Source: Glycera tridactyla (taxonomy: Eukaryota). Taken from it: a stretch of DNA of 57,412 bases. Positions 1 to 14,100 of the stretch are shown here, piece after piece (positions within the stretch are counted from its first letter, which is position 1; each line of letters opens with the position of its first letter). A program made the position numbers and the translations under genes. Location: the NCBI GenBank assembly GCA_965644265.1, contig OZ286466.1:70500589-70558000 (forward strand), read 5' to 3'. Below the pieces are notes generated by a model. That model had not been told where the DNA came from. It ran no database searches and saw only the letters and a list, made by a program, of their open reading frames with translations.

Positions 1-24
1 AGACGTCATACGTCAATTACGTAC

Positions 25-288
25 CAGTGGAGGAGGCGCTGGTTGGCGTAGTGCCGCAGAAGACTCGACGGTACTGGTCGACGTTGTTGGCGGGAACCTT
101 GAGGTTGGTCGTCTCGAGTGAAGCGGGGCTCAGATGAAGGTAACAGCGGAGCGAGGCGGTGAAGTCGAACGCCACACAGTTCATGTCTTGCCGACAGAGG
201 GCCTCGCATTCCGGTACCGTACTCACATACATCTCCGTACCACCGTATGCCAACGTGTTGGCGAGGAACTGGAAGGTATCCATGCATT
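25..288 (-). CDS. Exon: divergent PAN-like domain (ECMDTFQFLANTLAYGG...CEALC...CVAFDF...CYLH...VDQYRRVFC)
   Basis: Acceptor cttttgtag|AA at 288, donor ACT G|gtacgt at 25; 264 nt, phase 1-1; the donor shows the gene continues beyond base 1. Confidence 0.88.
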
Positions 289-3200
289 CTACAAAAGAGA
301 GATCAAGTGTTTGAGTCGGTTTTTGTTTAACGTCATGTCAGCTGTATTTGCGCTATATTCTGAACCCATTCGGGTACTCCTGGGTCCCCAACAGAAGGTC
401 AATTTTTTTTAATTCGCTCACTCTCAAGGTGTCATTTTTATTAGGGAAGGGAACGGGATTTATTAAAGATTACTTGAATCTGAATGGAGAACCAGGTTCA
501 AATCCACAACATATGAATTCTAAGAATGTAATTCATACATTGATACATTAATTTGAATCTGAGAAAAAAATGGAAAATGGAGACATTGCGTAGAGAAAGG
601 GTGGTAATCTATTTAGGATGCTGCGCATTCGGACAGTGGGAAGGGGATGGGTCTGGTCTAACGTCACGTCAGCTCTATTTGTGCAACATCGAGACGCCCA
701 CGCAATGAGCATGGGTGAGATCATTCAAGACTCCACCTTCCGAGTATCCGACAGAGGGCGATAATTTATGAAATTCACACACCCCAGGTGTCATTTCTGC
801 TGGGAAAAGAGACCCACAAGGAGTTCACTTAACATGAATCTTGATAGACCCATCTTCCAATCTACACATTCATCAGGGTCCGAGTGAAGAGACCCAAAGA
901 GGGGGATGATGAATGGAGATCCCATAATTTTGACATCAAATTCAAATGATGGTTTGCTCTTTTACCCTGTTTCTAGTTCCACCATGATAATCTCATTGAT
1001 TTCGAGATAGGTTTCCGAGTGCCTTTCAGCAAAATATTTGGTATAGCCGACTTGAAATGTCATCCTTATCATCGAATGTGACTGATGAATTGGAATAATT
1101 GTATCGTACACCTAACAAGCTTGAACTATGACTAAAACAGGAACATGCCATGAATTCCCCAATTTACCAAGAAATCATTATCAAGGCTCATACATTTTCA
1201 ACATTATGTCCCAAAACAAAGATTCCACCTGTATAAAAGTCTATGCCTATCTCTATGCTATGAATTTTGCTTGAATTTCTCTATCAGTTATCTAGCAAAT
1301 GAAGAGGAATTATTATGTCCACTGGTTGCCACGAGGTTTCACTCTAACCAATGAGCAACTCACCGAGTGGCTAGTTCCTAGTGAGGAAAGTTGTTAAAAT
1401 TAACATCGAAAATATAGGATTTTGTATTAGTAGGTGTTGGCCTTACGGGCAATAGAGGAGCTGGGGATGATGACGCATGGAACCCTGGTATAGAAGTCAG
1501 CACCGGAGTCGAAGGTCAAGTCAGTGAGGTCACTCTGCATCGTGTGGATGTAGCACCTGAAACAGATTGATTGATTGATTGATTGATGATTTGGAGAGTT
1601 ATGATATATGTCAGCCCAGAAGATTAAGTATACCACTTGTTCCTGATCTATGGAAGTTGGCTGCTTTGTGCCTTGCCGGCATCACTCTCACAATCCGCAA
1701 ACATAGGATGATGGAAACCATAGAGAATATCAAGTGGAAGTTTATCAAATTGAATTGAAAAACGAGGGATGAATTCAATTCATATGGACAACGTACATTG
1801 AATTGAATTGAATTGGATAATTTACCTTGAATTTGATTTAATTAGATGACGTACGTTGAATTGAATTTTATAATGTTGATAATGTACGTTAAATTTAATG
1901 TAATTGGATAATGTACATTGAATTGAATTCAATCCCATAACGTACGCTGAATTGAAGTGAATTAGATAACGTACGTTGAATTGAATCGGATAATGTACCT
2001 TGAATTGAATTGAATTAAATTGGATACTGTACGTTGAATTAAATTAAATTGGATGACGTCCATTAAATTGAATTAAAATTGGATAACGTACGTTGACTTG
2101 AATTGAATTAGATAACGTACGTTTTGGAGCCAGACATCCAGGTGTAGCCCAGGCAGACTCCGAGAGCCAGACAGGCATTACGGCATTGAGACTGTTTTCT
2201 CGCTCCCGCATCCACGCTTCCACCATTTGACCGTGTATTATCCAGCTTATCAAACGTATCCACGCAAGCTGTAATAAAGAGAATCATACATGAATTCAAG
2301 TCTAGGGTGATGAACATTCCCGCCACATTTGGGATATCAAATGTCAGTCAAGTGGGTGGGACTCTATTCCTGTATGCACGTAAAAGTACCACTGTTTCTC
2401 CGCAAATAGTAGGGATTGCAGCGCTGCTATCTCACGCCTATCTCAGTTTTTCAGTCCGATATAACCCAAGGAGGTTGGAAGAACGTTAAACTAGAAAAAT
2501 CGAACAACTCTACTGGAAACCTTTTCGGCCAATCTCCTATCGGGAGGGCAGACTCGGAAAATCAGTCCCTGAAAAATTTACTTTCCCGAAGGAATAAATC
2601 TCCCGAAAAGAAAACAAGTTTCGATAAGGCTATTCGGAGAGCATGGCAATTGTGTTATCGAACGTCTCATCATAGATATGAATTTCAACTTCATGAAATC
2701 CGCTTGAAATTGATCCTCCCTCAGTAAGTAGCAGACATATTATTGAGCCCGATACTACATCAAAACTCAATTTCCAATATCAATTTTCAACACATCCAAA
2801 GTGTTACATATTATTTCTTTTGATGTAAACTTTTAACGTTCAGCGGGTATCTGAATTCCTGCGTGTATATGGATAATTAAATTGAATAGAACATTATTTA
2901 ACCTCGTAATATAAACATATGTTGAGGTAGTTTCCTTCACTGTGATAAAGTCGAACCTGTCCACAAAGACCGACGTTGGTGAGATAAAAGTGTAGCCCTG
3001 TAGGCACCACGTAAACTGATCTATACGAAAAAGTGGGGAAAATGAAGAGAAAGAAGGGAAAAAAAACTATAATACTCACATGCACTTGTTGTCGCTGTAT
3101 CCAAGGATGAAAGAAAAAGAAAAAATATCGAGATTAGTTCCTCAGAAGTTGTTCCTTTACACATGTGCAATGAAATAGGATGACCATAATCCATACTATA

Positions 3201-6200
3201 ATCGGGAGCGACTTGATCTAAGGCGTCAGCTGAAAGTCCGTGTAACGCATTGATCCATAATCATTTATTCATTATCTTTATATTAGATAGGCTTATGGAT
3301 CATTCGTGTTAATAATTATTAAATGCCAATGCTTATTGATTATTATTGATGTCAACAGAGTGTCAGCAACAGGACTAATTCGAGATAGCGCCAATCTCCC
3401 ACTGCTATGGGTTCTTGTTATATTACCTCACTGACCGTGTCATATTTCGTGCCTTCACTCTGCTGATACATTCACATTATTTGGGACGGGAATTACTGAT
3501 AAATATTACTTCAAGTGAAGGATTTCGGGGGAAAACATGCAGTATTAATTCGAACAATTTCTTCAGACTGGTATTACGTATATCATCAACATCAATTTAC
3601 AATATTATGCACTGAATAATGGATCATAATTTCAGAGAATGACCATTGTTTGAGAAACTTCGATATAATTCAAAAGTTATCCAATATTTACTGATAATGA
3701 CAGTTGTCATCGATAAGAATGAACAAAACTGACAGTTGATGATACAAATATTCATATCCAGTACTGGAACACCTGTGATGGTATATAAATGATATGCGCA
3801 GTAATCGATCTTGAAAAATAATAGAGAAAACTATATGATGTTAGTTATTTACACTAGAAAGAATTTAGTAATTCGTTCACGCCCGAGAGAAGCAGCATTA
3901 TGTTTTTGACGACGTCGAAGCGACGTCAAGCAGCATTCTTCCATAAAAGTGAACACTCGGCAGCATTCTCCCATGAAAATAAACAGGCAGCATTCTTCCA
4001 TAAAAAACAGGCAGTATTCTTCCATAAAAGAAACAGGCAGCATTCTTCCATAAAAATAAACAACAGGCAGCATTCTTCCATAAAAATGAGATATAATCAG
4101 CATTTTTTCAAGGAAATGAACAATCAGAGTCATATCATCAGCGAAACCTAAGAACGAAATAAATGTAGGACGTATTGGTGTTAGAGGAAGAGAATCGTTA
4201 GACACAGAGAAGCAGTGGTCACGTTCGAGACAGATTATTGGTCTCGAATATGGAAAGTGGAACATTCCGCCGAATTTACGTTGTTCTGCATTTGTCCAAT
4301 CTCATGCAATTTTAACAGGTGTGATATAACCTACAATATTTGATACCCTCCTTAATATATGTCCTCTCTCTGTACCAATGAGCCTCTGCACCAGCAATGC
4401 CACAATGAGGACGACGAAGACGATGACGACGACGACGACCACAACCACCGGTACCTCCAGTCGCACCACAAAGCCACCAACTCCTCCTCTTCCTTCTGCA
4501 CCACCACCACCACAACCACCACCACCACCACCGCCACCACCACCATCACCATCACTATCTCTGCCATAACCACACCAGTAGCAGCAACATCACAACCACC
4601 ACCTCAACTTGGGGCATCACCATCACCACCACAGTTACCGCCACTGCCATAAACACCGCCACTACCACCACAACCAGCACAGCCACCACTACCAACATTA
4701 CCATTACTTTTCCTACCATAATTATGACACAACGACCACAACCACGACTGCTATCACCAACTCCATCGTCATCGTTGACCTCCGAAAATATATGAAAACA
4801 ATCTTCCCCATCACTACTAGTTATGTATGTTTCATGACACGACTCCTTCCAAGACCTTTTCTTTGGGGGCACATATGAGTGATTTGTTTGTTTGTTTGTT
4901 TGAGGCTTAACGGCATGTATCAACCCTAGGGTTATGTTTGCCGTGTGTTCTTGGTTATTGAGAGTTAGATGTTCTCTCCCCCGCAGACATCACTCTCACA
5001 AATCCCGAACACAAGATGATGGAAGCATAGACATAATGTTTCATATCTCAATCATGACATCATGACTGGGCTGGAAGACCACAATCCTGTCCAGGAAAGA
5101 TGCAGACTAGGAGGACAAGAAGAATCGAGCAGCATCGGGCCTGACAATCCAGCTCTAACGGTAATAATTAGACTAGAAAAACTTCATGCATATGTCAATA
5201 TATAAGGTAGGCGTGTATGATTAGAGAAAAAACGACGGAAATCGGAATACTCGAGCCTTTTACGTCAACTGCTTTCGCGACATGACGCAAATACCACAAA
5301 AACGACTTCATCTCTAGTTGGAAATGTGGGTTGAAAAAGCTCCTACGAGGATCGCACTGAGCCTAAGCTGTCACAGAAAAGATATGAGTGGATTGAACTG
5401 TATCGTTTTGGACGCCCGTGGCTTGAACATGATCATAGATGAAATAGATGAGAGAAACTCTAATTAGTGAATATTTTCACAACTCAAGTTTTCTAGCGAG
5501 AAACATCGAATCCAGCTAATGGCCAAGTATCATACCGATACAGTATCGTCCGAATTCGTCTGTCTGTCAATAGTTGGATGAATTCCACTAGAGAAATATT
5601 TCGGTCTGAAAAGATGCCAACATTGCCATGGAAACTACAGTTCCTTGGTTGTCTCACTTTCCTCACTAGATGTGACCCATCCATCACTAATGAGCAATTC
5701 TGAAGCCTCTCGAAGCCTCTAAATCTTAGGAGAATCATATGAGACACAGTTGACTTTATATCATCCTGATATGGCGAATTGTGGCTCGGACACCCCGATG
5801 GTGGTTATGTAATAGGGATTAATACCGAATTTGATCACCATGTGAGCGTTACTGCAAGTGCTCTTGTGAAGCAAAATGAAACAGTTTCACACATCAATCA
5901 AAGTGCAACCTTCAAGTATTAAGTGCAACTCATGTGGAGCAAAATATAATTTTACGGGTCAGTTCAAGTGCGACATTCAAGTATTAAGTGCGTCAAAATA
6001 TGATTTTACGGGTCAGTTCAAGTGCGACATTCACATATTAAGTGCTTCTGCATGCCATTCACAGCGTTGACGATCCATTAACTGCCTACGACTAGATATA
6101 TGTGTATGTCTATGCAGACTTCATGCAAATGTTACACGAAATACTGCCACCAGCGGTGCGCCATCTCGTGGAAGTTGATTGCAAACACAAGTTGCGGTAA

Positions 6201-9200
6201 AAGTGCGCCCCTCATGCAAGCGGCGTGGCCAGCGAGCCCGATATATGTATGTAAACATACGTTGCGTGCTTGGCGAACTTTGCGGACTTGGTGTACTCAT
6301 GACTGTTGTCGGTGAGGTCGCTAGACATTCTTCACTCCAGACATATTGATCAACATTAGGCTTGTTCAACTGGATTCTATCAGCCCAATCGGTGGCCTGG
6401 TGCAGGAAGCACCGATCATCGGCAGTGAAGTCGATGGCAAAACAAGGTGGATCCGCGCTCAGACATGCCATTTGGCAGTCTTCTAGACTCATCGCTGCAC
6501 TGGCGATATTTCCACCAAGTGCCAGTTGTTCTGGATACTCAGTCCAAATGATCACACACTCAGCTGGAAAACCAGCAAACAAGACATTAATTCTTTCGTT
6601 CGTTGTTCGTTTATTGCTGTAAACAATTGCCAAATTAGTCCGTCATTCATCGAGTCATAGATGAAGCGAGAGTCATATTTCTTGTAATTCTGTCCAGTTA
6701 AAACCTCGCAGCCACCTTTGTTTATGAATCGAAATTTTCCTAATGTTCAAAGCAAACCCATGTCTGTTGAAGCTATTCATTTTAGAATGCAAATCATTGG
6801 TGCCAAGTTGAAGTTGAGCCAACAGTAAACCGCAGTGCCCCTTTTGGCGAAGCGTGGCTTTGGTGGACATTTTACCTATGCATGTATATATGTATAGCGG
6901 TTTGCTTGCAGTGATTCAGGATGTTTCATCAGTGTATACATGTACATTCATGACATCATGAATCTAGCACCATTCCATGTTCGGTTCATTTCACCGCTCC
7001 AAGCTATTGTTCAAATATTAGTTGCAAAATGGAGGAGAACTACACTGGGGAAATCAGAAATTCTTAATTCGATTTTGGATATGCGAACTTTGGTCAGGTC
7101 ATTTCAGTCAACTTGACCTAAATATAACACATATCGTCATAACAGTGAGAGGAAACTTTTTGATAGGCAGCAGAGGTTGATGCTGGGGTGGGAGCAAGAA
7201 CAGAAGGTGCTGCAACGAAAATGTCACATCTTTGTGTAACAGAAACATTGCTATCAGGAGTCATGTAGCAGTCTATATAATCATGTCTAGGTCGGTAGTC
7301 ATTGATGTATATTATGCCAATAACAGGATAAAATTGTCAAGAAAGGAGAACTGATTGAACATAATATACAGCTAGACATAGATGAATATGTGAGATACAA
7401 TCAAAATGAGTAATGGATGGATGGTAGAGTGAGGTGAAAACGAATCAAGTCACACAAACCTTCTACTCCCTCAAAAAAGTAAGTATGAATATTCTACATC
7501 ATAATGACAAATGAATACAATGAACCTGCAACCATTGAAGATTTTAGAAGCACAAAATACATAACAACTTCAGTCAGATCGAATGTCAAACCATCTACCC
7601 CAGTGATTAAGTAAAGTATAAGTGGTTCGACATCATCAAGTTGTCGTAACATTACCAGGAGTGTCAGAAGATGTCAACTTAGCAGTTGTCTCTGTCGTGA
7701 CAGATGTCTGACTGGTCTGCGATGTCGGACTTGTCATTCCTGAAATATATGTTGGTTGCATAAATGTGTCGTCTCAGTAAGAGAGGCCTGTTTATTAGCA
7801 CAGTAGTTCAGTCAGGTGCTTGAGATGACCCTGACATCATAATTGGATGGGAACTTCCCCTATATCGATACACACTGCGAAAAGACAGTAAATATGTTGC
7901 TACATTCGCTTTCTCTCTCTCGAAATTCTGACGAAGTTCTCAGAAGTATNNNNNNNNNNNNNNNNNNNNNNNNNNNNNNNNNNNNNNNNNNNNNNNNNNN
8001 NNNNNNNNNNNNNNNNNNNNNNNNNNNNNNNNNNNNNNNNNNNNNNNNNNNNNNNNNNNNNNNNNNNNNNNNNNNNNNNNNNNNNNNNNNNNNNNNNNNN
8101 NNNNNNNNNNNNNNNNNNNNNNNNNNNNNNNNNNNNNNNNNNNNNNNNNNNNNNNNNNNNNNNNNNNNCTTTCATCCATTGCTAAATCAATTGTGCGCAC
8201 CTTTCTCTCACATGGACCGTCTCAGATATCACTAGTACTGTAACAATTCGGATGTAGTCACGACATTGCATATACCTGGGTATGTTGGAATCGTGATTCA
8301 TTTCATTCTCAATTTTAAAATGTTTTCCACTCTCAAAGTGGAATTCCGGAGAATATATCTCCTCCTAAAATGAAAAAGAACCTTTCTTCATATATAATCA
8401 CTATCTCAGTTTTATATTATGTGAAGATACTACAAACCATCACCCGACAAAAGCGTATCAGTATTAATGTGCATCGTATAATTGTTTACTTGTTTTGAAG
8501 GCTGGGTCCGATTACTGCATATGAATATGCATCTGAGCCATGACTTCTTTATATGTTGGACGTAATCCTGTACTTTGTATGTAATAAATCAATGACTTTT
8601 GGTCAGACATGGTTAGTGAGCGTTTGTCTCGTGAGCAAAAATGAATATCTCAGAAATATTCAAAAAATTCATCCTGCAGTGAGGCGAATGGAGGGATGCT
8701 TCTCTGGATCGAAGGGTCTGGTGAACTTGCTAATATTCTAGTATAATCGATCATATCAGCGTTTTATGGATAATCAGAGACCTGCCAACATCCGGACAAA
8801 TCTCCGACTTTAGTAATACTCGGGAGTTAATGACCTTGTATCTTCTTCTAATGTCAACGTATGACGAATGACTGAAGTGGGATATTAAACAACAACCAGA
8901 TATGCTGCTATCGGTTGCTGCTATCGGTTGCTGCAAATCAACCAGATATTTTCGTAATTATCGAATACTAATAATAATTATTATCATTATTATTATTATT
9001 GTTGGTCTGAAATTCTGTCTCATGACTGAATCTGGTGAAGTATTTCTTCTTCCATATGATAGATAAGAAACAAAAGTAGCCTATATCCTATGACCACGAT
9101 CGGAGGTTCATACTTCATGCATGTATTCTCCTATTATGAATCTTACGAAAATCATACCGAAGGTGTCAAAAATCCTACTAAAATATGCTTATATCGGCCA

Positions 9201-11136
9201 TAACTTTCCGAACGTGGCATTTGGGTCTATGATGATGGGTTGTTAGTGCGTATTTAGTTCAACTCCATTACGGTTGATTTATTGCTGAGACAGAGCTGAT
9301 GCTTGGTACTTTATCCGGATAATCTAGACGTACGATAATAGTAATCTTACTAGTAAGCAGTAATGGTAGTTGAAGTCAATGGTCCGTTATCGATTTATTA
9401 CTGTTAGGATTTAGAATTCACTTCTTTCAAAAATAAAGGCCAGTCTCTCCGAGGATGAATATCATGATTCACACTATAGTCATTGAGCATCTTCAGTGTG
9501 TATCTTAATCGATACTTGAGCATCATATACCCCACTCTTCTGACAACTCCATTACTATTATCGTAACATGGAGAGTTTTCAAACATTGATCTTCCTTCGA
9601 GCAGACGTTTGATATGCAGCTATCGGTTGCTGCAAATCAACCATTCTTTTTCTCTGAGAGTGAGCACATGAAGATTAGTCTTTGCTTATCCATCTACCAA
9701 AAATGTATAGTATTAGTTGAAGAAATAATCTATATCAAATGGGGTCCGACATATCAAATGAAGAATTCGAATACATATGCATATGGATATATCATATGCG
9801 AGTCCTTCTAAGTGTCCCTACCACCATATGTGCTATGGAGTTTATCCTCAGCAGATAAAATGTATAGTAACCCATTGGGAACTCATTCTTTAATCTACTC
9901 TGATGTGAAATGGGGTGTGTGAGTAGGGTGTAAAAATATCCAATACCTCTAGCATTTATTGTGAGTTTTTTCACCGTGGAATCACCAGTATATCACTGCA
10001 GGAAAATGTGATTTGTTATATAAATCTTCATTCTCCCACTTTAGCTCACAAATTATGCGCCTTCAAATTCATGCGAGGCTGCTGGTCGAAAACATGATTA
10101 AACTAAGACACTAATGTTTGGTTACTTCTGCAATTATCACAGAATTATCATGTGTTATTATAGGCAGATTAGTGTATGTGCAATATGATGAGTGTCAGCT
10201 TTACCCGATGTTGATTCTGGCTGAGAAAATGTTGGTCCTAGAATAAAAAAACACACATCTCCTTGTCAATAATTATTCGTAACAGAGGGTATTACAGATC
10301 CATTGATGCTTGACCAGCATACAGATACATACTTGATATGGTGTTGCTTTGGATAAGAAACACCTGCTAGTTTGTGCATTGTGATGTACACAGACGACGT
10401 GGATTTGTNNNNNNNNNNNNNNNNNNNNNNNNNNNNNNNNNNNNNNNNNNNNNNNNNNNNNNNNNNNNNNNNNNNNNNNNNNNNNNNNNNNNNNNNNNNN
10501 NNNNNNNNNNNNNNNNNNNNNNNNNNNNNNNNNNNNNNNNNNNNNNNNNNNNNNNNNNNNNNNNNNNNNNNNNNNNNNNNNNNNNNNNNNNNNNNNNNNN
10601 NNNNNNNNNNNNNNNNNNNNNNNNNNNNNNNNNNNNNNNNNNNNNNNNNNNNNNNNNNNNNNNNNNNNNNNNNNNNNNNNNNNNNNNNNNNNNNNNNNNN
10701 NNNNNNNNNNNNNNNNNNNNNNNNNNNNNNNNNNNNNNNNNNNCCAGATTAAGCAGAGACAACATGGATATTGAAAGATCCCAATTGGGCATCAGTATCA
10801 TTTGGGAATGGCACTGCTCACAGTGATTACACAAATCCAATCACACACACATGGACATCAATATGATTTGGAAATGACAATGCTCACAGTGATTACATAA
10901 ATCCAATCACACACAAACAAACACACACATACAAGGATATGATATTGGAAACGAAGCCCAGTCTTAGCAATCAGTAGAGTACTACAGAGAGAGGGTAAGT
11001 TGCACAGAACAATCAGCGAACATCAGCGAAAAGACAAGAGGTGAACGTTGAAAGCACTCACATCATCAGACACACTAAAGAAAAGAACCAAAGGCACCTG
11101 TTCGGTAGAAGAAAGAATGTGGACTCTCCCTTGCTG

Positions 11137-11175
<39 letters not shown>

Positions 11176-14100
11176 ATACAACATCCACATTTTCACGAAT
11201 CTCCTGGAAAACTGATATAACTTATAGTGCAAAGCACACACACACACACACACAATATACAACATCCACATTTTCACGAATCTCCTGGAAAACTGATATA
11301 ACTTATAGTGCAAAGCAATAAACACACACACACAATATACACACACACACAATATACAACATCCACATTTTCACGAATCTCCTGGAAAACTGATATAACT
11401 TATAGTGCAAAGCAATACACGGGAGGTCGATGGGATTAGCAGATAATTATATCAGGAGAGAAGACACACAGTATCATTATTGAATTAGTGGAAAATTCTA
11501 CCTTCATGACGAAATTGTTGTTTAGGAACTTACAACACTATCTAGTGTATTAGCACAAGCAGCAGCCAGGGTGATAGTCCCCACTGGAATAAATACAAAC
11601 ACTTGCAGCTGCTGCTAACGAGATGTCTGACCGGGTAAGATGGAGTCCGTGGAGGACTGATATCGCGATGGTGGCGATGTTGATACTGATGATGATGATG
11701 CTGATGATGATGATGTTGATGCCACTGTGGATTGTTGCGTTGGTACTGGAAATATGTCGTACAATATGAGTTCGATCTGCATAGCGTTGGCTTTGGTAGT
11801 ATCCTTAATTGGTATCTGATATCCTTAACTAGTTCGTCCATCTTCTTAGTTCTACCAGAGAATATATATGTCATTGAATATATTTTCATCTCATATTTTC
11901 TAACCAACGAACTGACATGAGAATATCTTATCTATCAACAGTGAATTTGCATTACGAATGGCAGGGCATTCTCAGTGGACACCACAGGATTTCCTAATTA
12001 TTACAATAACACTCCTTCAAGAAACAGGAAAACTGCTGATATGTGAAAAATGTTAATGATATGACCAGATCTACCCGGAAGGAGTAGTCTTGAATGATGC
12101 CACCCATGCACATTTCATAGGCGTACCAATATAGCACATTTGACGCCGATGTGATGTTAAACCAGAACCAATCTTCTGAACAACATACTTATCAGTAGCC
12201 TCTCTTTTTATTATGACGCCTTGATGGCAAGATATCACAATGGCATTTACTTATATACTTCTGTAGTATATATGCTTGATGGCAAGATATCACAATGACA
12301 TTTACTTATATACTTCTATAGTATATATGCTTGATGGCAAGATATCACGATGACATCTACCTATATACTTCTGTAGTATATATGCTGATGCTGAATATTC
12401 TTTGCTACTTCAATGCTACCATACCTGCAGTCAGCTTAGCCTAATGATGGGATATGTATGACATTCATCTATCCTTATGATACCAGCATCTCAATGCAGT
12501 GATTGGTATTTGCTCCTATATATTGTACATAAGTTACATGTTCTCGTGGGCCCCGAAAATATCTGGTTGTCAGATATCGGGCCATGTTTTGAGAGGAAAA
12601 TAAAGAATTAATGAAAAAAGTACAGGTGTTCTGTCCTAACTGGAGATATATAGATCAGCTGATAGGATCATGGGTGAAATTCGAAGAGAAAGGAATGATC
12701 CAATACTGACCAAATGGCTCTGTATCTCGAACACTGGTAGTGGATGTAAAGGATGCTGTAAAGGACATACCAACCAGTCAACAGAGTAAAACCAAACATT
12801 GCAAGAAGGAAATGGCAGATGATGAGACTAGGTGGGAAAATATCCATTCATAAATCAGAAAACCCTGTCTCTGTATAAAATAGCAAACGAACATGACAAA
12901 AAAGTCCTTATATGGTCGAGACTGGAATCAGGTTTCTGGAAGAAATACATTATTCGCTGAAAGAAAATGGTGCATATCCTGGAACAAGGATCTCTAAGAC
13001 ATGCACTTCAATGATGATGCAAAAGTAAACCCAAAAATGCCATACTAAAAAAACTGTGAGGTTTCACGTCTTGGAGAGATATTTTAGCAGGAGAAGAATT
13101 GCATTAAGACCAAGTTCAGGATATCAAGAAAGCATGGAACAGACTCAAGAATTGAAATATCGATATATTAATCAGAAGCAAATGAAGGAGACAGAATTGA
13201 GACAAGAAACTGCTGATGAAGAGAGCTGCTCATACTGCCCATATTAGAATGTTGCTATAGATAGGATTATGCCAGAGTTATTGAACGCAGGACAATTTGC
13301 AATTTGAAGAGCAAGATTATATGACTGTATAGCGAGTACTAACGAGGTGTACTGAGCACATGTATCTCTGTGTGAACAGGTCACAGGACACTTTCCTCTC
13401 CAAATCCTATGACATGGAGTTTTGAGGAAAATTGGGGAGTTTATGCCAATAGCATCAACCCCCTCACTCATAATCCTGATGAGTCAAGGGGTAAATAATA
13501 CCATTCCATCCTCTCATCTTCACCTGGGCATGAACGACAATTATAATCGAGCATCATGATTCCCAAAAGTGATTGGTGTTAATTTGTGTGTTAAATGGAA
13601 GATCTGAATAATCAAAATTGCCCAGTAAAATTGGATATATATACAAGAAATATAACATACCACGAGAACACCCCAGTAAAGATCATCCTTGAAGAGTAAT
13701 TCCCACAAGCATTGAGACGTTTGATAGGATGCCGATGCTCAGAAATAAGTAGTTCAGTCTAACCTGTCCTAAGCGGCAACTGTACTGAGCAACCACCTGC
13801 CCTGAGCATCAACTTTTGAAAGTCTCACCTGAGGTTTTCCACTATAGTTCACCAGCCCTAAGCAGCCACCTGCCGTAAGCAGCCACTTTATGCCTTGTCA
13901 AAGGGTGGCGGCTTAGAACAGGTTTGAATGTAACTACACATAATACTTTTGTGGTTGTTGTGGGTTAATGATAAAAAAATGAAGGCCACGCCCATGGGAT
14001 ATGCCATGGACATATGCTATCACTAACATTATATCATGCATCCATTTCCCACTGGTGTGACTGTATTAAGTATAAGATTCCCAAGTCATCTGTTATATTA

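Noticed and set aside
4150-4300. Minus-strand DWTNAEQRKFGGMFHFPYSRPIICLERDHCFSV, faintly PAN-like
   Set aside because: Preceded by a stop, lacks three to four of the six Cys, and has no convincing splice sites; likely chance or a very decayed pseudo-exon
4359-4878. Thr/Pro/His/Asp-rich plus-strand ORFs resembling a mucin exon
   Set aside because: Wrong strand for the gene; minus-strand frames give poly-Val/Trp or a Gly frame with a stop; explained by a degenerate trinucleotide repeat
11030-11080. Acceptor...GTGAGT pair on the minus strand suggesting a 36-nt exon
   Set aside because: In the gene's phase-1 frame it contains TAG; the other frames do not fit neighbouring exons
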